This document shows, in pieces, positions 13,048 through 25,600 of a stretch of 64,000 nucleotides of DNA. Both the position numbers and the translations under genes were made by a program. The first letter of the stretch is position 1; every line of letters starts with the position of its first letter. This stretch comes from Felis catus. Taxonomy: Eukaryota. The notes beneath the pieces were generated by a model that saw only the letters and a list, made by a program, of their open reading frames with translations, had not been told where the DNA came from and did not search any database. The DNA lies in assembly GCF_018350175.1 (NCBI RefSeq), contig NC_058368.1, positions 1,116,001-1,180,000 of the forward strand, in the 5' to 3' direction.

Positions 13048-16000
13048 ACATACCTGAGTGCGTCCGTAATCCTAGTACAGTACGCAAAATGCTATAATCA
13101 TGTGTTATAAAGAATCTACATATAATTATTTGTAAGAAGTATATATGAAATCAAGGGTGTTTTCAGCAGAAACAAGGTTATGCATTGATGTGACCAGAGG
13201 CTTGAGGCTTGCAGGAACCTAACCTTATATTTCCTTTTGGAGTAATGGTTCAGTAGTGTTCATGGTGACCGTCTAGAACTTAAGTACCTCAGATATTCTG
13301 TACCTTTTTTCCTAGATCAATAGGTGGTATGGAGAGCACCTTATGTTTTGTCCCTTATGGACAGATCATTAGCTTATTTTAGATTTTATGTGTGTGTATG
13401 TGGGCGGGGGAAGGGGGAAGCGTTTTCAATTGTAAATAATGCTACAGTTAACATGGTGAAAACATCTGAGACTATTATCTAGAATAAGTTTCTGAAATTG
13501 TAATTGTTGGGGTATAAGAATATATAGTTGGAAGCTTGATAATATTTTTGGTAATTCTTTTCATCGTTTTTTTTTTTTTAACTTTTAAAATTTAGTATAT
13601 AAATATACAAACTATATATCCAGTACAGGGAACTAGTATGTATCAGATGGCCATAATAACTAAGAACTTTTTTCTTTCTCAAATAAATTTTAAAAAGCCT
13701 AATTATTTGCAAAATTCAGGTTAACAACCTTGCTTTTTTTTTCCTTTTTATTTAAAAATGGCAATTGTCTTTTTATGGCTTTTTAAAAAATGTGCTGGTG
13801 GTATCCATTGAAGGTCACAAAGTTCTGTAGAATGAATGATTACTACTGCTTTGTCTGTAGTTAGGACAGATTCATACTGATCCTTTCAGATTAAGACTAT
13901 GGTAAACATAGTAATAATAACATAATTTGGTTATACTCTTATACTTTTGTGTGTTCCCTCCACATGACCTAGATATTCATTAACACCAGGAAGTAAGAAA
14001 ATTAGAGGCAAAAATAAAAATGTTTCCCTTTGCTTCTCTGTAGGGTTCAGCTCCACCCCCTTCTCCAACACCTAACAAAGAGATGAAGAACAAAGCCGTT
14101 CTCTGCAAACCTTTAACAATGACGAAAGCTACTTACTGTAAACCTCACATGCAGACCAAATCTTGTCAGACAGGTAACTTAGGAAAATTTGACTTAACAC
14201 CTCACTCACCGAAATTCATGCTTGTCTCAAATAATAGGCTACAAAATGTGTCTGCTTGGTCACTTTGTCATTCCCTGTTGATTTTGCTTATCCAATTTTA
14301 GATATTGCCTTGAGAATACAGCATAATATTTAAAATCATTAATGAAAAGCTGTGTTAAAGGTCTAGAATAAAAATTATGTCACAGGTGAAAAGCTATATT
14401 AAAAATTTCCTTGGGGCTAAAATTCACTAAAGCTAGTGTTGCCTCAGAGATCACCTCTATAAGAGTGACCTGTAATGTTAACAATTCTATTTCCTTGTCA
14501 GAATGCGATGAAATAATTCAAATATGTGTTTTTATGAGATTTAAATGTATCTTAATTGATTAGATACATATTTTTGCAGGGGTTATGAGGGGAATCTAGG
14601 CTATCTGGAACTATGTAACATTTTTAAGGGATATTTTCTTTGTATTAAGAAAAAAAAAGACCTAAATTCTATTTTTATTCTCTTTAGGTTAATACAGCTG
14701 CTATATTTAGTTTTGTTGTTTTTACATCACCTAATTTTGTGAAAACTGAGAATTTCTTTTAAATGGGAACAGAGGCGCTTAAATATTTCTTTGTTACCAA
14801 ATTATTTTAACACTGAGTAATGATATATAAGTGCTTTTTAAACACATTTTGTATTTTTAGATGATAATTGGAAGACAGAATATGTTCCAGTGCCTATCCC
14901 TGTGCCTGTGTATATTCCAGTACCTATGCACATGTACAGTCAGAATATTCCTGTTCCTACTACAGTTCCTGTTCCTGTAAGTCGGACTTTAGGTTCTTTT
15001 TCATTATGAGGTTTATCAGGCATTAAGTGGGAGAACAGTGTTGTTGTAATTACTATCTCAGTGAAGCTAGTAGAACAGAGGGTTGAGTCTTCAGCTTCAC
15101 CAGTTAACTTAGGTTTGGTTGACTGTCAGTGTTTGATTTGTGTTTAATCGAGTAGATCCTTAAAGGTGAAGTTTAGCAAGTGTCTGCATCTGCTTTATGC
15201 ACATGATGTTTTATATTCGAGTTCATTGTAGAGAAAAACATTTGTAAAGTTGTCAGGTTTAAAACTGAAACACGGAAGAGAATTTTGTATATATTATAAT
15301 TACATTATTTTGTCCTGAAACACTTGTGGTACTTAAGACACTATTCCACGGCTTGGCTGTCCCAGTCCTCTGCGGGGAGGGGGGGGGGGCAGAAGTACCT
15401 CACTTATTTTTCTTTAATGTTTATTTCAGAAAGTAGCTGGCCTATATTCTGGGCTTACTCTGTTATAGTTGATATCTTAGTTTTGATATGTGTTTTCTCC
15501 CCCAAAGCTTTTATCCATCCTGTGTTAGAATAATTTTTAATTTGGAAAATTATCTTTTTTTTTTTTTAAAGAAAAGATTTTATTTTTAAGTGATCTCTGC
15601 ACCCAGCGTGGTGCACAAACTCATGACCCTGAGATCAAGAGTTGCATGCTCCACCAGCTATGCCAACCAGGTGCCCCTGGAAAATCATGTTTTAACATGG
15701 AGTAAACTTAACAGTAAATACTTTGGTTAACTAGGTGCCGGTTCCTGTTTTTCTGCCTGCCTCCTTGGACAACAGTGAGAAGATCCCTGCAGCAGTTGAG
15801 GAGCTAAAAAGCAAAGTTTCCTCAGATCCTCTTGATGCAGAGCTGCTTACAATGACAGATATGATGACTGAGGACGAGGGGAAGACGGAAGCTGCCAACA
15901 TCAACAGTGAGCTGCTCTGTATTTCACTTTGTGAATAAGTGTATTATTGGTTTTCAGAGGGTTGTAATTGTTAAAGTATGTTCCAGAGCATATCCTTAAG

Positions 16001-16600
16001 TTTCAACTTGATACGGGAATGGGGGAGGCATTGCAGCAAAGATGTATTTGAAGAGACCCATACTCTAGCCACAAGTTCTCTTCTGTCAAGCCCAGTTTCA
16101 AGCAGGAATTCGAATGGTCCATGTTTTAATGATAATAGGATTTGACTTCTAAAATTAACTAACTCAGAATTTTTCCTGTTTTAGTGGACTACCTCAGACA
16201 CAAAAACAACTTGTAGTCGGCTTTAATAATGATCCAAACTCTTATATTGTAATGGTTATCCCCAATTTGTTTGTGGGCTGTACTTAGTAACTTGCATTAT
16301 CTAAACGAGGGTTTATCCCAACTTCTGTTAGGGCAGTGCTTGCCAAATGGTATATATGATGAGTATGCCATGGATGATTCTCTTAGAATATTTATTCCTA
16401 CCCTTACTCCTCTGGTAACACGTAGAGTCCTGTTTCAACCATACGCTGCCTAATTCACTTTACCCTAGTGTACAATAGAAACACTATAAATTCTCTCTAT
16501 TTCATAATGTGACCTTGTTTGTGAAAGACTTGGTTACAGTGGTTTTGTTTTTTAAGGAAGTGAAATGGGAAAAATGTCACTGTTAATCTCATAGAAAGGG

Positions 16601-16641
<41 letters not shown>

Positions 16642-19600
16642 TTTCTGTCTGCTGTCACCAAAATGGATAAAATGCATATCTTACTGTGGCTTACAATACA
16701 AAAATGTTTGAAAGCAACTGATCAGAACATTAGAAAGCTGTTGTAATTGAATGATATGGATAAGCTAGGTCACAGTTCGTAAAGAGTGCTGAAAATTGCA
16801 GTGATCCACCCTCATTAGTTTATTTTTGACAAGAGATTGCTTTTAGAAGTATCATGCATACATACTGGAATTGCTTTACTATCATTAACTTTTGAAGAGG
16901 GGCAGTCAGAAACTTAAAGGATTAAAAGTTTCCGTGTACTCATGATCATGTAACAATTGTATAGTATTTTACATTTCAAGATGGCTGTATAACTTTTCCT
17001 TTTATGACTATTAATACATGTGTTTATTCTTGTTTATATATTGTTCATATATGTTTCCAGACTAAATATAAGTACTGTTTGCCAGATTAAATACAGACTA
17101 AATATAGGTGTTTTGATTTGTAATTATATCATGAATTGATTACAGGTGTAATTATTGAAACAGACATAATTGGTTCAGATCTCTTGAAGAACTCTGACCC
17201 AGAGACACAGTCCAGTATGCCTGATGTACCATATGAACCAGATTTGGATATCGAAATAGATTTCCCTAGAGGTACTCAAAATGCTATTATGCTGTTTTAT
17301 TCTTTCAATGTGAACTTTGGTTATGGAATTTAGTTATGGAGTCATAATTGTGGTTATGATCATTAACCATTTAATGTTCATGTTATTGCCTTTACTGTTT
17401 ATATTTGGTTTTGTCTGGTTTTTTTTTACCAAACAAAACTCAACAGTTAACTTCTGAGATGAGGCACAGGACTTAAAGAAAATTTCTTAGAGCCAAAAAA
17501 AAAAAAAAATCTTTCGCAAAGTAAGATTACTTTGAAAATAGAGAAAAGTTAAAGAAGTGACTGTTTCTTTTTTTTTTTTTAAATGTTTATTTATTTTTGA
17601 GACAGAGACAGAGCACAAGCATGGGAGGGACCAAAAGAGAGGGAGACACAGAATTCGAAGCAGGCTCCAGGCTCTGGGCTGTCAGCACAGAGCCTGACGT
17701 GGGGCTTGAACTCACGAACTGTGAGATCATGACCTGAGCTGAAGTTGGATGCTTAACCATCTGAGCCACCCAGGCACCTCTTTTTTAAAAAAATGATTGT
17801 TTGTTTTTAAAAAAATTTAAATAATCTATTGATGGCTAATAAGCACACTAAATAGAATGTAAAGCATTTTGGGGCACCTGGTGGCTCAGTTGGTTAAGTG
17901 TCCAACTTGGACTTCTTCCCTGGCAGTGGAGAGTTCTCTCTCTCTCAAAATAAATAAGCATTAAAAAAAAAAAAAAAAAAGAATGCAAAGCATTTTATTT
18001 TGAGAAAGATTTGGTATGTTGAAACAGATTTGTACTGAGATCATTTGTTACTTCTTAATTTTTTTAAATGTTTATTTATTTTGAGAGAGAGAGAACATAG
18101 CAGGGGAGGGGCAGAGAGAAAGGGAGAGAATCCCAAGTAGGCTCCACACTGTCAGCTCAGAGCCCCATAGGGGCTCAGTTCCGTGAATCGTGAGATCACG
18201 ACCTGAGCCAAAACCAAGACTTGGACACTTAACCGACTCACCCACCCAGGTGCCCCTGTACTGAGACCATTTAGATCTTAGAATTGAATTTCAGGTTGTA
18301 ATATTTTTCTGATATTATACATTTTCATGAAAATGTCATATTGGTATTCAGTATACATGTGTTTTATGAGTCTGAATAGGGTTTATCAGAACTCAAGACA
18401 ATTCTCTATTCACCCTCTCCTGTAGCACAGGTTACCCCCTGTATATAGGTGTTTGTTTATATTCTGTGATTAGTTCTTTGTTGCTGGCTGTATTTATGTA
18501 ACATAAGCCTGTGCTGTTATATTTGGAAATAAAAGTTCTTCTGATTTGATTGTTAGCTGCTGAGGAACTTGATATGGAAAATGAATTTTTATTACCACCT
18601 GTTTTTGGAGAAGAATATGAGGAACAGCCTAGACCTCGATCTAAAAAAAAGGTATAAATTAATAGTATTCTTGCATTCAGCCACTATCTCTTTGTAGTGA
18701 TAACCTCTTTAGTTATAGAGCAAGGATACAGTGAGTGACCCACAGTTGTGCTGAGAATATGGGAAGACTTTTTTCCCTTAGATGTAAAAAGACTTCAAGA
18801 GTTAATGTGAAAGTAATAATTTTCCAAGTAATAAAAATGTCTCATATTTGTAACTTCATAGAAGAGCAAGTATTTTTGCCATTTAATTTTTCTTTTTAAT
18901 TTTATCCTGACAAAAGGTTGACATAGTTGCTCAAAAAGTAAACTCCATTCTTTGCCAAGAATTGAGACTATTTTCTAGGGATCTGTTTTTTCCACTGTTA
19001 TTTCTGATGAGACTAATCTATGAGGTTAAGTTACAGTGTGTAATATCTGGTCTTTTTTACGCAAGCTAGTACATAGAAGGGCATGCTGGACAGTTTAATT
19101 GTTTAGGCAGACCAAATCTTAATGTTGTTAACAGATGTGATTTAAAAAAATACTTTATCAACAACTTTACTTATTTCTGATTTTCAACATAAAGCAAGAT
19201 CAAAAGAAACAAAAAGGATGACTTGCACAAATTTTCCCACAAAGAAAGAAAAAAACTGAAAAAGGAGTGAGTACCTGCAGTAGAATGAAGTTGGACTCCT
19301 ATTTGACACCACACACAAAAATTAACTCAAAATGGGTTATAGACCTAAATGTAAGAACTAAAATATAAAACTCTTAAAAGAAAACAGGCCTAAATCGTCA
19401 CTGCCTTGGCTTAGGCATAGTTCTTTGACAGGATACCGAAAGTACAAGGAACAAAAGGAAAAAATAGGTGAATTAGGTATACTACATCAAAATTTAAAAC
19501 TTTTATATAGTAAATAATGCCATCATGGAAGTCAAAGGAGCTGAGTGAAATTGAAATTGAAAAGTTCAATTTCTCTCTTAAGATTTAGAACCCTTTTCAG

Positions 19601-22600
19601 ATTATTTATTGATTATGTCTTAATTTTCTTACCAGTGACTCTCACAGCAGGAGTTATTATGATTTTGATATACAAAGTGGATTATGTCGAAGTATGGCAT
19701 TTCTGGAGATATATTTCAAGTAATGTTATAGGTAGCTATTCTCAGATTTCAGAATACCAGTCAATTCTAAGCATATAAATAGATGTTATTTCTCTTTTAA
19801 TTTTCATTTGTTGAGGGATGGCTTACATAAAGTCGTGAAATAATGTAGGTATTTTTTTAAAAAAAGATTTTACAATGGTATTTTACTATTAGGGAGCCAA
19901 GAGAAAGGCTGTATCAGGATACCAGTCTCATGATGATAGTTCTGACAATTCAGAATGCAGCTTTCCTTTCAAATATACGTATGGTGTAAACGCATGGAAA
20001 CACTGGGTCAAAACTAGGCAACTTGATGAAGATCTTCTTGTATTAGATGAGCTAAAATCTCGTAAGTGTTCTGATTTTGTTTCCTCTACACCCTATTTCA
20101 AATCAAGATTTTTGTTATTAACTACCTTTACTTAAAAAAACATAAATGTAGCTTAAAATATTTTAAGTACATTTAAATGTAGCTTTCATTTTACTTTTAA
20201 ATTCTAATATAGTCTAAATCAATTTCAGAAAGTTTCTTAATCTTAAAAAAGAGAAAGTTTCTTAATCTTAAGAATAAATAATAATAATTACTAATGTTTT
20301 ACTTCTTTTTAGCTAAATCAGTAAAGTTGAAAGAGGATCTGCTCTCTCACACCACGGCTGAGCTTAACTATGGGTTAGCTCATTTTGTGAATGAGATCCG
20401 ACGGCCAAATGGAGAGAGTTATGCACCTGACAGCATCTATTATCTTTGCCTTGGAATACAGGAGGTTAGTAATTTGATGGCTATTTTTGGATATAATGTT
20501 AATAAGAAAGGTTGTTGTGGTAGGGGTGCCAGGTGGCTCAGTTGGTTAAGCATCCGAATTCAGCTCAGGTCATGTTCTTGCAGTTCATGGGTTCGAGTCC
20601 CGTGTTGGGCTTTGTGCTGACATCTCAGAACCTGGAGCCTGCTTTGAATTCTGTGTCTCCCTCTCTGTGCCTCTCCCCTGCTTGCACTCTGTCTCTCTCT
20701 CTCTCTCAAAAATAAATAAACCTTAAAAGAAAAACAAAAAAGGTCGTTGTGGTAGTTTTGGAAGAGAAAAATGTTACGTTTCAAGAATATTAAGGGTGGC
20801 TTTATGGAACATAATGATTTCTTGGCTTGCCAAGAAAGAAAAAAGAATTAATCTATTTGAATATATAATACTAGGATATTCTAAAGGATTTTCTTAGTTA
20901 CTTTGTATATAGTTGTTTCATAATGAGATCTGTTGCTCAAAATCCTCAAATTCTTGAAAACTGTCATACCAAAACCGAAAAGAATTCATGTTTAGGGGCA
21001 CCTGGGTGGCTCAGTTGGTTAAGCGTTGAACTTCAGCTCAGGTCATGATCTAACGGTTTGTGGGTTCGATCCCCGCATCAGGCTCTGTGCTGACGGCTCG
21101 GAGCTTGGAGCCTGCTTCAGATTCTGTCTCCCTCTATCTCTGCCCCTCCCCCACACCTTCTCGTGTGTGCGCGCGCTCTCTTTCTCTCTCTCTCTCTCAA
21201 AAATAAACATTAAGATTAAAAAAAAAAACATAGAAAAATGGTGTCAGGGACAAGTCACTTGAAACTCCTGCATGTATCTTTTGTTACAGTTAGCAAAGCT
21301 GTATATTTGTTGCCATATATATGATAATCAGGATGGCTTCATTTCTTCCTTAAAATTGCAAATAAATGAATTAACATCCTGAGGTGTGATCCTATATATG
21401 TATATATAGATCCATGCTGGTATACATGTAAACAGAAAAATGTGTTCCTTTGCAGATAGTGGATCTGTTTCAATTGTACACTCCTGATGTTTCTAATTTG
21501 TTATATAGGTAAATTACTCTTTATTTTTTTGGAATCATCTTATAAAAGAAGATCATTCTTTAGGGGTTTAAATAAGCCACATATCTGTGAACCTTGATTG
21601 AGTCTACTTTCCGTGATAGACATAAATACCAACTTTAGGTGTTGGCTTGTAATTCTGAACAAATTGTTCAGGTTTGAGCCCAGAGGTCAGAAAGTATCTT
21701 AGCTTAACATCCTATGTATTTTTTAGCTGTGATAAATGATAGAAGGAGCTCTTTTTACGTCGAGTTTTGTTTATAGCCCGAGAATTTAATGTTATGTTGC
21801 CAACTGATGTAGTCACTGAAATTATTCAGAAAACTAGAACAGTCTTAATTTGTATTTTAAGTTGTGTTCTCTTCAGGGTAGAAATTTGCCCAAGATTACA
21901 TAAGTGGTAGTGGGAAGGTAGCACATGGCTGTAAATTATTGTATGTTCAAGGGCCATCATATATTTTGCAGTAGCAACCTAAAAAATATATAGTAGGTTT
22001 TACTTTTCCTTATTCTTCTTTGATAGATTTATACGTACCTTAGCCTCATATTTAGATGGTGGCAATAGGTCATCCACCATTCCAGATCTCAAAATCCCTG
22101 AAAACTAGAGATTTTACTCTTTAGTTTTTCAGAAACACTCATTTGGTAGTAAAACCTGAGTTGAAGAGTTGTGAAGTTTTTGACTATTTAGTGTACTTTC
22201 TGTTTGATCATCTACAGAATATTAACTACATAATTCACTATAGAATAGTTAATGTTTCTAAAGGAATAAAGTGTACTTTCGTAGATCACTTTAGGAATAT
22301 TATGTAAATATGTACATGCCCTGAATTTCCTCTGTAAAATCCAAAAAAGTTATGAATTCCAAAACATATCTGGCCTCAGTGGTTCTGGTTCAAGGTTTAT
22401 AGACCTGTGTGTGTTCCCCCACCCCCCCGTTTTCATCATACCTAGGAGTAAAAAAGAGTAGGAATAGCAGGCAAAACCATCTCAACTGTCTGGTTTCAAA
22501 ATAAGTTACTTGTTACATAATAAAGACTCTTCTTCAGAGCAAATAGGATTTGGGTTTTACTCTTTGTGTCTTACACCATGCAGGCCCTATTGTAGGCACT

Positions 22601-25600
22601 CATTAACCTGGATAATTGTCAACAGCTAGTACACAATAGACCTGTATTGTCCAGTTTTTCTGCTGCTTTTTATTGTGTGTATGTATTTAAGATGGTGGAA
22701 CAATCTTTTTTGAAAAAGAACATTTATATCATCATCTTGGAAGTAGTTCAGTTGTTCAGATCAATCATTTGTAAAAGTGTAGAAGAGGATATTAGGGTTC
22801 TCCCAAGTTAACTCAGCAGGAAGGAAAGAGATTGAGTTCTAGGCTCTTATTTGTGTTGTTTTAATGCAGCTCTACTTTTTGATATGTTTTGGGGTTCTGT
22901 ATAAAATTTCATTTAAAAATGGCTTCTAGAAATTCACCTTAAAAAACTAGTACCTGAATAATAAAATTTTAAATCACAGTGTAATAAAAGACAACACAAT
23001 GAGCAGTCTCTGTCTTACCCATCTCTGTTCCACTTAGTTCACCTCCCTGAAGTCAAATACTCTCTGTTGGCTCTTTCCTTTCCTCAGACATTACTTTGCA
23101 TATAGAAATATAATGGATTTTTGTATATTCATCTTATATTCTCTATGTACCAATTCATTATTAGTTTTGTTAGGTGGCGTTAAAGACAGTTTTGCCTCTT
23201 TCTTTCCGACCTGCATATCTTCTTTTTCTTGTCTTATTACATTGGTTAGGGATGTCAGGCCTCCTTCCCCCTCCCAACATTGAAAGCAAATGATGAGAGC
23301 AGAAACCCTCACCTTGTTTCTAATTCTTGAGGAGAGATGCTTCACCATTAAGTATGATGTTGCCTATAGGTTTTTTGTAGTTTCTTGTTTGTTACCAGGC
23401 CAAGGAAGAGAACTTCTATCCCTAATTGGCTGAGAATTTTTCTTAACCTTTTATTTTGTTACTGAGGGTTTTTATCATAATCGGTTACTGAATTTTGTCA
23501 ACTGCTTTTTCTGCATCTATGGAGACAATCATATGGTTTTTCTCTCTTATTCTCTTAAGAGAATTAATTTTCAGATATTAAATCAACCTTGAATTTCTGA
23601 GAGATACTGCATTTGATAATGATATATTAACTTTTTTATATACTGCTGATTAAACTTGCTAATTTACTGTTAATGACTTTGCAGAGGTTCATGGAGGATA
23701 CTAGTCCATAGTTTTCTAGAGATCTTTCCCTGGCTTTGGTGATACCACTGGCCTCATAAAATAAATTGGGAGGTGTTCCTTTCTCCTACTTTTTTTTTTT
23801 TTTTTTTTAAAGCTTGCTTGCTTTTCCTTCCTTCCTTCCTTCCTTCCTTCCTTCCTTCCTTCCTTCCTTCCTTCCTTCCTTCCTTCCATCCATCCATCCA
23901 TCCATCAGCTGGAGTGAGAGAGAGGGAGAGTCAATCTTAAGCAGGTTCCACACTGGTGTGGGGCTCGATCCCAGAACCCTGGGATCATGACCTGAGCTGA
24001 AATCAAGAGTCGTATATTCAACCAACTGAGCCACCCAGGACCCCCCCCCCCCCCCCCCCCCGCCACCTTTCTTCTCTTTTCTGAAAGAATTTGTGAGAAT
24101 TGGTATTATTCCTTTCTTAAGTGTTTGACAGAATCCAGTGAAGCTATGTGGGCCTGGTTTTTTTTGTTTTTTTTATTTTATTTTTGTGGGGTTTGAGGTA
24201 GTTTAAATTACTAAGTCAATTCATTTAATTTTTATACGATTATTTAAGTTCACTCTTTATTTTGAGTTCATTTTAGCAGTTTTGTCTTTAAAGAAATTTG
24301 TGCATGTGATCAAAGTTGTCACATATTTGTTAGCATGGGTTGATGTTGATAGGTAGATAGCAGCTTAAAAATGTAATGGTTTATAATGATAAAAAACATA
24401 GCCCTTAGTTTATACATTGTGAAAAACAAATGGCTAGTGGGATTGGGCCTAATGGGGCTAGGGTTCTGGTTTGCCTGTATTTGCTGATGTAGCTAAAAGT
24501 TTATCAGTTTTCTTTTATTGATTTATTCGGAGAGCCAGCTTTTGGTTTCATTGATTTTTCTGTTTTTCTCTTTTCTCTTTTTTGGAGTCTCTGACCTCCA
24601 TTTGTTTCCTTAATTTGTTTTCTTTTTTCCAACTTAAGACCATTGATCTTAGACCTTTTTTCTTTTCTAGTAAAGCATTTAAAGGTATACATTTTCTTCT
24701 ATCAACTAGTTTACTTGCGTTCCATAAATTTTTAAAAATATTTTCATTTTCCTTAAGTAAAGAGAATTGGCTGGCTACCCTATAACTCTATTATAGGAAG
24801 TTGAATCTCTGGATTGCTTTTTACTGAGTGGGTTATTTAAATATTAGAACTCCAAATACTATTAGAGGTTTGAGATCTAAATGGATTGCATAAGAAGGAA
24901 TTATAAATTATGTCTTTAAGTTGGTCTTTTTTTCTAATTTTTTTTTTATTGTGGTAAAATACACGTAACATATAACTTACCCATTTTAACTGTTTTTAAT
25001 GTACAAGTCAGGGATATTAAGTACATTTGTAATCCTGTGCAAACATGACCACCATCCATCCCCATATAGCATAACTGAAACTCTGTACCCATTAAACAGT
25101 AACTCATTCTCTCCTCACTCCACCCTTGGCAGCCATCATTCTATTTTCTGTCTCCATAAGTTTGACTACTTACGGTATCTTGTATAAGTGAAATCATACA
25201 ATATTACTCTTTTTGTGACTGGCTTTTTGCACTAAGCATAATATCTTCAAACCTTACCCATATCATAGCATATGTCTGAATTTCCTCCCTTTTTAAACAG
25301 GGTCTTTACATTTGACTAAAACTGTTTCCTCAGAAATTTTTTTTGCTACTGAACTATACACTTTAGAATGGTTAAGATAGTAAATTTTTCTTTTCTTTTT
25401 TTGTTTTTATACCATAATTGAAAGAAGTTTTTTTTTTTTACTATTCTCATCATTGGACATATTTTCACAGACTGGATTTAATTTTGTAAAAGGCTGTATG
25501 GTATTTGTAAGCAGCTTTAAAAATAATCTTAAACCTCAGTGTAAAGATAAGCTATCTAAAATATACTTTACAGAAATCATTGCTGTTTAATGTTACTTCA

